From NCBI GenBank assembly GCA_020137815.1, contig WFME01000032.1, positions 1 to 11,606 on the forward strand: a stretch of DNA of 11,606 bases, read 5' to 3'. This document shows positions 1 to 8,927 of this stretch, one piece after another. This stretch comes from Hormiphora californensis. Its lineage: Eukaryota > Animalia > Ctenophora. Positions within the stretch are counted from its first letter, which is position 1. The number at the start of each line of letters is the position of its first letter. The notes under the pieces are model-generated. The model did not search any database, was not told where the DNA came from, and worked only from the letters and a program-made list of their open reading frames with translations. A program made the position numbers and the translations under genes.

Positions 1-118
1 GCTATTACAGGGCCTCGCTATTACAGTACTGTAATAGCGAGTTATTACAGGGGCAGCTATTACAGGGCCTCGCTATTACAGTACTGTAATAGTGAGTTAT
101 TACAGTACTGTAATAGCG
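1..118. repeat. Palindromic tandem array, about 55-bp period, built from a GCTATTACAG motif in both orientations; probably truncated by the window start
   Basis: Unit gctattacagggcctcgctattacagtactgtaatagcgagttattacag starts at 1 and again at 56. Perfect 28-bp palindrome CTCGCTATTACAGT|ACTGTAATAGCGAG at 14-41, with near copies at 69-96 and about 98-115. Confidence 0.85.
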
Positions 119-141
119 TGTCGAGATTCTTCCAACCTGCC

Positions 142-324
142 GAAGGATCATATTGTCATCAATAAATGTATACTATACAGTTAGAGGTGTCCTTGGTATA
201 GAATTTTGGACATAAGTAGGGATTTATGGGTCAAATATGCTCTACCCCGATATAATACTGGGCACACCGATTTACCGGGCAAAATGACTTCCCCCGAGGA
301 TCCCGGTAAATCGGGGCCCGACTG
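142..324. mobile_element. Right end of a non-autonomous Tc1/mariner(pogo)-type MITE, copy A
   Basis: Ends ...cccggtaaatcggggcccgactg|TA (TA at 325-326), a CAGT-starting terminus on the minus strand. Subterminal ccgatttaccggg is inverted to the terminal cccggtaaatcgg. Homologous to 389-564. No left TIR seen in the window. Confidence 0.6.
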
Positions 325-388
325 TAGTACCTTAGAAATTGTTATAACTTATTTTGAAATTATTTTGAAATTCATTCCTTTTTAATCA

Positions 389-564
389 GAAATGATCATG
401 TAATCAATACATGGATATTGCATTTAACACTTAGAGGTGTTTTAGTATATATTTTGGACAAAAATAGGGTTTATGGGCAAATATGCTATACCCCGATTTA
501 ACGGACACCCCGATTTAACGGACAAAACCCTTTCCCGAGGGTGCCGTTAAATCGGGTCCGACTG
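389..564. mobile_element. Right end of a related Tc1/mariner(pogo)-type MITE, copy B
   Basis: Diverged direct repeat of 142-324 (shared ttagaggtgt...attttggaca...tttatggg...caaatatgct.taccccgat). Tandem 17-mer accccgatttaacggac at 490-506 and 507-523 is inverted to ccgttaaatcggg at 544-556. Ends gactg|TA (565-566). Confidence 0.6.
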
Positions 565-574
565 TATATGTATA

Positions 575-830
575 AAGTCGGATTTTTTGAAACTGTTGCC
601 CCCTGGGTGGCGCGCGAGTTATTATTTGCACGTCGGAAACTTGTTTTCGCTCTCACGCCTTGTTTCTTGACCAATTTCGTCAAACCAAAGTTTTACGGAC
701 TCACAAAATTATGCCCTTTCCGATGATATGCGGTTTTTTGCTGAAAAGTGAGAGCAAGTGGGGGCTATCACGCGCAAATACGACACCGCGTGTGAAAAAG
801 GGGTGCGACAGTTTCAAAAAAATCGGACGT
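575..830. mobile_element. MITE-like element, about 255 bp, with about 27-bp imperfect terminal inverted repeats
   Basis: gtcggattttttgaaactgttgccccc (577-603) versus the reverse complement of ggggtgcgacagtttcaaaaaaatcggac (800-828). TA-rich flanks, no coding capacity. Confidence 0.6.
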
Positions 831-1737
831 AAATAGAGTCAATTTATTTCTCTCAAGATTGACTTTAAATGCCTAAAATGAGTGAAAATCGGTTAAAAAG
901 TCTCAATTTTCGGGCGGCTTTGCCCCCTAGACCGGAGACCCCCACCTAACCAGGGGCTTTGCCGCTGCTCCTATTTCAATATTAATTTTGTAATTCAAAA
1001 ACCCTAAAGGTCAGAAAATTTTTTAAATCCCGATTCCCACTCAACACCACGAAACATAGTGTAACAGATGAAGATCGGTAATACGGTGGATAGGGAAATG
1101 CTTTTCAAAAACTTTAAAATACTTTTGTCAGCAAAATAAACGCCTGTTTGGGCCCCGTTTCCCGGTTTTACATTTAAAACTGACACCTTTGGCCCCATAC
1201 CGTATTCCAATACAACAGGGCCCCATACCATTATCAAAATTGAGAATATCCCGCCCTAAAAATCGTTTTGGTATCTTTTTGAAAGAAAATTCAAAGGGCC
1301 CTCGGAGAAACCCCTTTTAAAGGGACCTTCGCCCCATTTTCCATGTGATTCGTTCCCCTCCGTGAGTAGGATAATGTACTAACTAAAAAAAATTTTATTT
1401 TTTTTCGAGGGCATTGATATCCAATTACCTAATACTTGGGGACTTCGGTATTTCTGTCGCTATCTTAAGTCCTTTTTGGGGGCAGGAATAAAGGTTTTCC
1501 CCCTTCGACATCCTGATCCAAAAGGGGCCCCCAAAGCGGCAAACGCGAGTTGATTTTTCCCGCCATTCAATATAGCATAATAAAGCATTTCTTTTGTTTT
1601 TGAGAGTGTTTGGGCTGCTTTTACGTCGATCTGCCTGCCGTTTTTTGAATCCTTTTGGGCTATTTTTTTGAATTTTTTTTGCGTTAGTTTCTTTGTTTTT
1701 GGGGATAAGTGAGAATGGTTTTTTCCTTTAGTTTTAA

Positions 1738-2005
1738 CTAGCAAAACGGGGGCAAACCCTCCGATCGAAAATCGGGGGGTCTGTTTTTTCTCTCCCTTTT
1801 CTGCTTTGCTATGTGAGTGTCCCTCATTTTTCTCTCTTTCTCCCCCTTTTATACATGTGATGTGCCCGCCAAGCGCAAGCAGTTTCTCCCCCCGGGTGAT
1901 ACGTGATCCCTACGAACACGTCTCCCTGACGGATCATGTCTCACGCACGGATCACGTCGCACGGAGGGTCACGTCGTAAATTGACGATAGGGTTTTTATA
2001 TTAGA
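1738..2005 (-). mobile_element. Putative non-autonomous Helitron, about 268 bp
   Basis: Minus strand: 5' TCTAATATAA at 2005. Short internal repeats (acggatcacgtc variants, 1900-1976). Hairpin at 1783-1753 (11/13 Watson-Crick stem), an 11-nt spacer, then CTAG (1741-1738) followed by T. The 5' flank is T rather than the expected A. Confidence 0.55.
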
Positions 2006-2261
2006 ACCCATGTGGGGTTTGGGCGGAAAAACGCCGTACTGAACGCTCCGTTCGAGGGCTAGTTCTGAGAAAAATACGGATTTTCGCGCCCAGTAGGGGC
2101 TATTACGGGACTAAAACTCGAAATCTCGCGCGTTTGACCGTTCTCTCATTCACAAATTTAGAACTGGAGATCTTGTACTGGAGTACTCGAGTCTTACTGA
2201 GTTCTTCCAGTTTTTAACAGGTGATTTATAACAAAAGTTGCAATCGCGAAGTGGAGATACT

Positions 2262-2670
2262 GAAAAAGTAAGGGGGAAAGAAAGGAAAGAAAAAGGAAAA
2301 AAAAAAAAAAAAAAAAAAATTTTTCCCCCCCCCTTTTTTTTCCCCCCCCCCCTTTTTCCCCCCCCTTCCCCCCCCCCCGCCCGGTTCCCTTTCTTTTTTT
2401 CCTCGCTCTCGGCCCCCCCTTGTTTTTTCTTGCCCTTTTTCCAATTTTGGGGAATTGCTTGAATGGTGGTTAGTAAAAATTCGGTTGTTAAAAAAAACCC
2501 AAAACCCGCCGGGGCCCCTTCCCCTTTGGGTTGGCGGTGGGCCTGGGGCCCCGGGGGGGGGGAAGGGGTTTGGGGGGAAAGGGGGGCCCCCCAAAAAAAG
2601 GGGGAACCCCGGGGAAAAAAGGGGGGGAAAAAACTTTTTTCTCTCTTTTTTTTTTTAATTTTTTTTAAGA
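2262..2670. other. Homopolymer-dominated low-complexity tract, probably low-quality sequence
   Basis: Consecutive runs of A (23 nt), C, T and G. All ORFs are K/F/P/G-rich. Confidence 0.75.
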
Positions 2671-3981
2671 TGGAGAACCGCGATACCTCGAGTTTCGGTA
2701 CCCACGGCTGTTCATAAAATAAATGATCGTTTTTTCCCTTTATAAGTATCGGGTACTGGAGTTCATTTTCAGAACGGGGTGTTTTCCCCCCTAGGGGATA
2801 ATGGAAACTTTTTTAAAGAAGGACACCCCTCCGCAGCTTTTGTACAATTCCGCAAAAAATTAATAAACCAAACCCAAAAAACCCCTCTGCTTTTCATTTG
2901 CAAAAAATCCTTCTGTTTGGGCCCCGGTAAAAGGAAAAGGGGCAACTCCCCCAAAGGTGATTTTTAAAAGCAGTCATTCTCATTAAAAAATTACAAATGC
3001 TTATAAAAAATTTTCTTTTTTTCAATTAAAATTTGTTGAAAGGGTTTGGGCACCAGTGGAGAAAGGGGTTGCAACGAGTTATATCAAACACACGGGGTTT
3101 GGAGTCAAACACGGCCCAAAAAAAAGTCTTAAAACAAAACAAAATCGGTTCCTGGGGTTGGCTATGCGGATCATCTTACAATTACGAAAAGGGGCACTGT
3201 CAACGGAACCGGGAAAAGGGTTAAGTTTTTACAACAACCGCCAAAAACACGGACAGTATAAACCCTGAAAATTACAAAACGGAGGAAACGTTTTTCCTAG
3301 GGTGTAAGGGGAAAAAGTTCGGGAAATGAGGGTTCGAAATGAGGGGAAAGACTGTGCCTCGATTGGGGCCGGGGTTACATGAAAAAAACTTTTCTTTCAA
3401 ACCGACCTGACAAAGGTTTTATCCTCTACAGACCTTCTGTAGTATTTTTAAGGGGAAAATCTAACGAACCCCGCGTCATTAATGGGATTTTCCTCAATTG
3501 CAAAAGTCAAAAAACCCTTTAGAAGCCAATAATGGGCACACAAAACGCGGAAGACTATTCCCTTTACCCCCGCGTTACGTACCTATGGGCTAGGTTTGGG
3601 TGTCCGTGTTTTCCCCCCGGGAACCTCTTTTACAAACTTTTTAAAAAGGGAAATTGCCCCGCCCTGGGGTTTTGAATTGCCCCGGCCTACATTCAAACCA
3701 ATTTAAAACCCAGGGAATCTCAAACCATAGTTCCCAAGTTTTTTAACACAAAGTTCACTTACACATTACCCTACAAATTCAAAACCTCTCAAAATAACGT
3801 CATCCACCCCCCAAAACCCCACCTTTTTTCTTTGGGAAAGGCAACCCCCCCCCAAAAAGGAAACCCAAAAAAAAAAACCCCCTTTTTCCCCTCCCCCTCT
3901 CTTCACTTCTCTTAAAAATCCCGCACAAAAAGTCACGTCAAAACAACGGGGGCTATCAAAGTTTTTCGACACGCTTCCAGA

Positions 3982-4014
3982 CTAGAACTTTAACCTCAAA
4001 GGGGGCCCTTTTGA
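3982..4014 (-). mobile_element. Possible Helitron 3' terminus
   Basis: Minus strand: near-palindrome tcaaaagggccccctttga (4014-3996), a 10-nt spacer, then CTAG|T (3985-3982). No 5' end identified, and the region is degraded. Confidence 0.3.
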
Positions 4015-4083
4015 TTCTGTCTGGTACTTTCCCTATCAAAAAACATTCACATGTCAATAAGCACCAGGTCATATCTAGAACTA

Positions 4084-4500
4084 CGGTAAGGAGACGGGGT
4101 AGACTTAGAGGTACGGGGAACATGGGTATCTCTCATATCCCACATTTGGAAAACATTATTTCCTTCATATAAAAATACTAAACAATTCATTCATTTCCCT
4201 ACAAATAGTTTTCTGGGTGAAAATGAATCCCTCGGACAAGGGAATCCGTTACAACAATTGTGACAAACCCCAATGCCTCTTCATTTGCTTTATCTCCGTC
4301 ACTGTGGATACTGCAGGGATTTAAATGTAAGTTATCTGAATTATTTCGGTTTGATCATAGCACTGGCAAGTGCCCCTGGCCCAAAAGGGGAGTTGTGGGG
4401 GCACCCGACACAGCCCCCACCTTATAAATAAAAAAAAACAAAAAAGGATAAAGCGATAGAGACACACAAAATCCCAATCTGAGTTTACCACTTCAAGACG
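4084..4500. mobile_element. Possible decayed TA-flanked MITE
   Basis: Starts TA|CGGTAAGGAGACGGGGTAGACTTAGA. Weak inverted match (13/17) to tctgagtttaccacttc at about 4478-4494. Right end uncertain. Confidence 0.25.
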
Positions 4501-4529
4501 AAAGACTTCCACACTAAATGGTGAAAACC

Positions 4530-5420
4530 TGCCATTTTTCTCATTTTGGCTTTCTGCCTTTTTTCTTTTTTTACCATTTCTTTTCCCTGGGGCCCCTTTT
4601 TCCCCCTATTGGGAAAAAAGAAATCTTCTCCCCTTTGAAATTTCCTTTCGGGGCCTTTTTGGCGTTCTTCCCATTTTTTCTTCTTCCAAAAAACCCCCCT
4701 TCGTAAACAAGGGGGGGAACTTTCCTTTTCCCCCTTTCCCCTTTTTTTTTCCCCCTAACTCCTTTCTTTTTTTTGGGGGCCCTTTTGGGGTTTTTTTTTG
4801 TTTTATTTTTCCGTTTTTTTTCTTTTCCAAAGGGCTTTCGGATTTCATTATTTTTTTTTTTGGGGTTTTTGTTTTTTGGTTTTGGGGGGATTTTACCCTT
4901 TTTTTTTTTTTTTCCTTTTTTTTTTTTTTAAATTTTTTTGTTTGGTTTTTTTTTTTTTTTTTCCCCCTTGCCCCTTTAAAAAATTTTTTTTTCCCGATTC
5001 CAATTAGTTTCGTTTTCCCGGGCCCAAATTTGTTTTTTCCCCTGGGCCTTTTTATTTTAAAAAAAGGATTAGGGAAAATTCAAACATTTGCCAAAAAATG
5101 GGTTTGGGTTTTGGGCGGGGGAGGTTAAAATTTGGGGGGGGGGGGTTTTTGGGGGGGGGGGGGGGGAAAAAAAGAAAGAAAGGAAAAGGGGGGGGAAAAA
5201 CAAAGGGAAAAACCCCTGGGGGGAACGGAAACGGGGGAAAAAATTTTAAAATAAATTAATAAAAAGGGGAAAAGGGAGAGGAATAATCAAATTTAAAAAC
5301 ATGGGAAACCAAGAAAAAAAAATTAAAAATTGGGCGGTTTCCTGTTTCCCCCCTGGCCCGTTGCCCCCCGGGCCCCCCTTTTTTAATTTGGTTTTTTTTA
5401 GTTTTTTTTTTTCCTTGGTT
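4530..5420. other. Homopolymer-dominated low-complexity tract, probably low-quality sequence
   Basis: Long T runs, then G and A runs (for example G16 at 5151-5166). No credible ORF. Confidence 0.75.
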
Positions 5421-5476
5421 GGTACCCCAACCACCCTTAAATCAAAGAATCTATATCCCCCAAAAAGTACAGTAAC

Positions 5477-5680
5477 TTACTTTATTCCCTTTTTCGCTTG
5501 CTTTCCCCGCCCCCTTTTTTTGGCCTTTTGCCCTTCTTCTCCTTCGCCTCCTTCTTCCCCCACTTGATAAGACCACTTGATTCCCCGGCACCCAAAATCC
5601 CCCCTCAAAATTTTAAAAAAGGTTTGAGTACAAAAATTTTTTCCAAAAATAATTCTAAAACCACTGTACAAAAACCCTTC
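5477..5680 (-). CDS. Possible degraded C-terminal exon of the Harbinger transposase
   Basis: Acceptor-like tactttttcgg at about 5690-5680. The translation RII..NFCTQTFFKILRGD followed by an E-rich stretch resembles the expected II.ACCxLHNxxxxRGD plus acidic tail. Inference only, because the sequence is corrupted. Confidence 0.3.
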   Translation of the reverse strand, partial: EGFLYSGFRIIFGKNFCTQTFFKILRGDFGCRGIKWSYQVGEEGGEGEEGQKAKKRGRGKQAKKGIK

Positions 5681-6268
5681 CGAAAAAGTAAGTATATTTG
5701 AATTTTTCTTTAAATTTCTTTAAAATTGGAAAGTTTGGCCCATTGTTTTTTCGCCAAAACTGGCCCTTTTTTTCCACTTTTCATCGGCCCACTTCAAAAA
5801 TTGGGGATCCATAATTTTTCCAAAACCTCAAAAAGGGCGAAATAAAAAAAAAAATTTTAAAAGGCCCCTTTCCAGCAACTAAATTTTAAAAGTTTTTTGT
5901 TAAATTTTTTAACGATTTTTTACTATTTTTAAACAAAAGGGGAGTTGGGGCTGCCCTTTTTTTTTTACTTTTTCATTAATTTGCTCGGCCCCAAAAAACC
6001 GGGATCCGGGGGGGAATTTTTTTCCCTAAACGGGTGCCCCTAATGGGGGAAAAATTATTCCAAATGGGGGAAATTTCCCTCCATTTCAAATTTTTCCCCC
6101 CTAGTCATTCTTTATTAAGGGTAAAAGTTCCAAAAGGGCTAAAAAAATTTTTTAAACCCCTCGTGGCAAGCGGGCCCATTTTTCGGGAAAGTTTGGGGGG
6201 AAAAGGGGGGCCCCCTTTCCCGCCACCATTAAAAATTTTTAGATATAGAATGTTAATTTCACCAATAC

Positions 6269-6551
6269 CTGTTTTTCAGCTTCCCAAAACACCTTTCTAT
6301 TGTCATCCGTACTTTGGAGAGATTGTAGTTGAAAGTTCTTTTCCCATGCTCGAGGTTTAGGGTGTGTTTGTACGGGGTCTGTAGCCATTCACGGAGTGGG
6401 AAGGCACTGTCTCCGAGAATATGCCATCCCTTTGGTAGGATTTTTTCAAGGTATGGCCCCAATCCACTGTTGTGGAATACCCCACAGTCCCCAACGCTCC
6501 CAGGAGCACCAACATGAGCAAAGGTCAGCTTCATGTCCGCTGAGCAAATTG
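6269..6551 (-). CDS. Harbinger (HARBI1-like, DDE_Tnp_4) transposase, exon 3
   Basis: Acceptor cctttacag| at 6552, in phase with exon 2. Encodes (A)ICSADMKLTFAHVGAPGSVGDCGVF...HILGDSAFPLREWLQTPY...FNYNLSKVRMTIERCFGKLKNR. Catalytic D at 6411-6409 and E at 6297-6295. Probable donor AG|GTATTG at 6268. Confidence 0.93.
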
Positions 6552-6629
6552 CTGTAAAGGATTTTTGTATTAATTTTTATTATATATGTATCTTCTTGAT
6601 ATGTGTCTCTCTGTTCTCCCCATTAATTA

Positions 6630-7046
6630 GGGTAAAATGGTCAATTTTTTAACGTTTTAGGTTCTAAAATACACAATTTATTATACTCGGTTCCATTTGT
6701 CCCAGCGTGAACCACTTTGCCCCAGAGAGGGTGAACCACTTTGCCCCAGTTTGACTAATTTGACAATTAAATCAACTTGTGGTGAGTTTTTTGAAAAAAT
6801 TTTATACCAAGTTTTAGAAGGATAAAAACGTACCAGATTTTGTGATTAAATTAAACTGGCAGTTTTTGCAAAATTAAAATCGGCCAACTCAAACAGAAAT
6901 TACAGCAGTTTTAAAGCAAAAATTCGGAACAGAACGAGCAGGTCTCCGCTGGAGAAAAAGTCACGTGACTACACGTAATAACTAGGACCATTTTGCCCCA
7001 TACATGTGCCACTTTGCCCCGTGGACCATTTTACCCCAGTCTACCC
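6630..7046. mobile_element. TA-flanked MITE (Tc1/mariner-pogo type) inside transposase intron 2
   Basis: Left TA|GGGTAAAATGGTC and right GACCATTTTACCCCAGTCTACCC|TA. Repeated motif cca(c/t)ttt(g/a)cccc: two exact gtgaaccactttgccccag copies at 6707 and 6731, and three variants at 6985-7039. Confidence 0.75.
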
Positions 7047-7153
7047 TACAGTCCGTTCAGATAAAATTTTGAAATTAAAATAGAGGGAGAGAGATGATAT
7101 ATTAATCACTGTTATAAACATTACAGCTGTATGAATCTAGTCTGGTTACTTAC

Positions 7154-7253
7154 CTAACAAAATTACAGAGGTGAAACCCTTGTAACCACAGTATTCTCTC
7201 TTTCCAGAAGCTCTGACGGGAATGTGGGTCCCATCGATTGCTCCCACTGCTCC
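7154..7253 (-). CDS. Harbinger transposase, exon 2 (not translated in this frame by the ORF track)
   Basis: Acceptor ttttcag| at 7254 and donor G|GTAAGT at 7153. The 100 nt encode GAVGAIDGTHIPVRASGKREYCGYKGFTSVILL, including the hallmark GAIDGTHI motif with the first catalytic D (7235-7233). Confidence 0.95.
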
Positions 7254-7291
7254 CTGAAAATATTGTAGTTGCGTTTAGTTTGTATATATAA

Positions 7292-7525
7292 TCTCTATTA
7301 TAATTTGGAGATGTCGCGTCGAAGTGGTCGTTTTGGGTAGCCGTTGTTTTGCTCTGTTGGTAGTTAGTGATCATTTCTGAACATAGTTTAGCAATTGATA
7401 GTTACCGATTCAGTTGCCATGGCAACCATTGAATTGGTATCAAATGTGGGAAAAAGAGGGCCACCCGGCGAAGCCGGGTTGTTTGTCAAACCCCTTACTT
7501 GAGGCGCACCCGCTGGGTGCGCTAG
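7292..7525 (+). mobile_element. Non-autonomous Helitron, 234 bp, inside transposase intron 1
   Basis: A|TCTCTATTATAA 5' end and CTAG|T 3' end, an A/T insertion without TSD. GC-rich hairpins ACCCGGC-GAA-GCCGGGT (7463-7479) and GCGCACCC-GCT-GGGTGCGC (7504-7522). (TA)n on both flanks. Confidence 0.75.
7413..7426. promoter_or_regulatory. Perfect palindromic RFX X-box motif GTTGCCATGGCAAC; function untested
   Basis: Exact match to the RFX/DAF-19 X-box consensus. It is the centre of a longer imperfect palindrome at 7403-7439. Confidence 0.45.
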
Positions 7526-7557
7526 TATATATATATATATATATATAAATATATATA
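7526..7557. repeat. (TA)n microsatellite
   Basis: tatatatatatatatatatataaatatatata directly after the Helitron CTAG. Confidence 0.95.
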
Positions 7558-7597
7558 CAATAAGTGTTTAATTGTGTGCGGTAGATCGATTAGTTAC

Positions 7598-8149
7598 CTG
7601 AATTCCACCCATGGAGTTAAAGTCTTTAACAATTCCCTCTAGTTCTGCCTCCTTGAATTGCGGGAAAGGTAGCATGTTGTTCAGCATGGCAATGCCTTCG
7701 TCAATCGCATACCTTGTTGATGTAATCGACACCCCGAAGGACTCAGCAAGGACACTGATGGGGGCCCCGCTTGCTAAGTACCGCATACATATAGCCAGGC
7801 GCTTTCGTTTCGTTATTCCTTTTTTATAGTTAGTGTCCTTGTGTATGGGCATGTGCTCTGCCATATCGTCAAACAGACGGCGTGGCAACCGGAATTTCGA
7901 CTGAAATTTCTTTTCTGTCAAGTCCTGCTCGTATGTCCACCACGTTGCGGTCCGGGCGGGTTTATCCCTGTTTTTTAATTCAGGTGCCCTGTTGCTAGAT
8001 GCCAACTCAATGGCAGCTGCCAAATGTGTATTCGTGGTCGATGTTGCTGTTTGGCAGGCTGCAGAGCCTTCACCTATAGCCTGATAGATAAGAAATTCGT
8101 CCCCAGAATCAGATGACGATGAGCTCGACGAACTGTCAGATGAGGACAT
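7598..8149 (-). CDS. Harbinger transposase, exon 1 (184 aa, N-terminal helix-turn-helix region)
   Basis: Poly-Ser start, FQSKFRLPRRLFDDM and KRLAICMRYLASGAPISVLAESFGVSITST are typical of PIF/Harbinger transposase N-termini. Phase-0 donor CAG|GTAACT at 7597 joins ...MGGIQ to GAVGAIDGTH. Confidence 0.93.
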
Positions 8150-8927
8150 ATCTGATTTGTGCTTAGAAACTATAAGAGATGTTCAATGTGAATTGTGTAC
8201 CGAAATTGTATGTCAAAATTACGTCTAAAAAGAGAAGATATGCTGAGTAGTTACTCGATCAGTAATTTTTTGGGACTCCTAATACACCAAAGTCAGAAGG
8301 GCAATAAACATATTTAGAGCGAAAAAAAAAACTGAAATAAAGTGAAATGAAATTTTTCTGGTTTGGATTTTCTCTCTGAAATCGATGCGCGCGCTTGCTC
8401 GCCGCGCGCACCGTTTGTAAATCTGCGCGTTATTTTTTAGCACTGTGATCGGATTTTGTTTTTTCAAGAATTTAAAAAATTTTTCGCGGTGAATGAGTTT
8501 TTGAAAACAGAAAAGCTTCTGCAACCATGTCCAGATGTTATCCTTCACCCATCTGCAAACACTGCTCCTTAGATAGCAGACACACTGAAGTTGAGCGCGA
8601 AAGCTGAGATCTCAACCGCGAAAAACTATTTTTGACTGAGAAATCATTTGCATCGTGGTTTCATTTTGAAAAGCTTTGCCTTATCCCGCGCTATCGGGGG
8701 CCAGCAACGTTTGCCAAGGTTTCATTTGTCCATACTGAGTCAACTTCACGGTTTTAATTACTTTTAGATGAATTTGGACAGCTTTGAAATTGACTAAGTA
8801 TGGATAGATGACACCTCGAGGCTCGAGCTGTACCAGGAAAGAAATTAGCCTACTGTGTTTGAAATTTTGACGTTTGTTCCGCTCATCTTATACCATCAAG
8901 TTTCAATCCTGTATCCTTTATAGGTGA
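8150..8927. promoter_or_regulatory. Putative bidirectional promoter and 5' UTR region between the divergent genes
   Basis: 778 bp between the two start codons. CpG/GCGC cluster at 8382-8450 and an Inr-like TCAGTT on the minus strand at 8335-8330. Start sites not determinable. Confidence 0.5.

Noticed and set aside
1-118. CRISPR-like array of palindromic repeats
   Set aside because: The intervening sequences are themselves repeated, there are no unique spacers or cas genes, and the context is eukaryotic.
349-370. 11-bp tandem duplication ttattttgaaa
   Set aside because: Short and AT-rich; compatible with simple slippage.
2226-2717. Overlapping ORFs rich in G, P, K and F
   Set aside because: They are translations of homopolymer runs (GGG, CCC, AAA, TTT), which lack stop codons by composition.
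5100-5240. G-quadruplex-forming G tracts (also 2520-2630)
   Set aside because: They lie in the probably erroneous sequence, so run lengths cannot be trusted.
4518-5567. F/K-rich ORFs resembling membrane or basic peptides
   Set aside because: Same homopolymer effect; no recognisable motif.
7047-7080. TA|CAGTCCGTTC as the left end of another MITE
   Set aside because: No matching inverted right end was found within the intron.
7150-7374. 74-aa minus-strand ORF
   Set aside because: It is the wrong frame over the true exon 2 and begins inside the Helitron.
6259-8149. Bacterial IS5-family insertion sequence or a HARBI1 orthologue call
   Set aside because: Spliceosomal introns and a Myb-like partner indicate eukaryotic Harbinger. 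Orthology to HARBI1 cannot be shown without a phylogeny, so no symbol is given.
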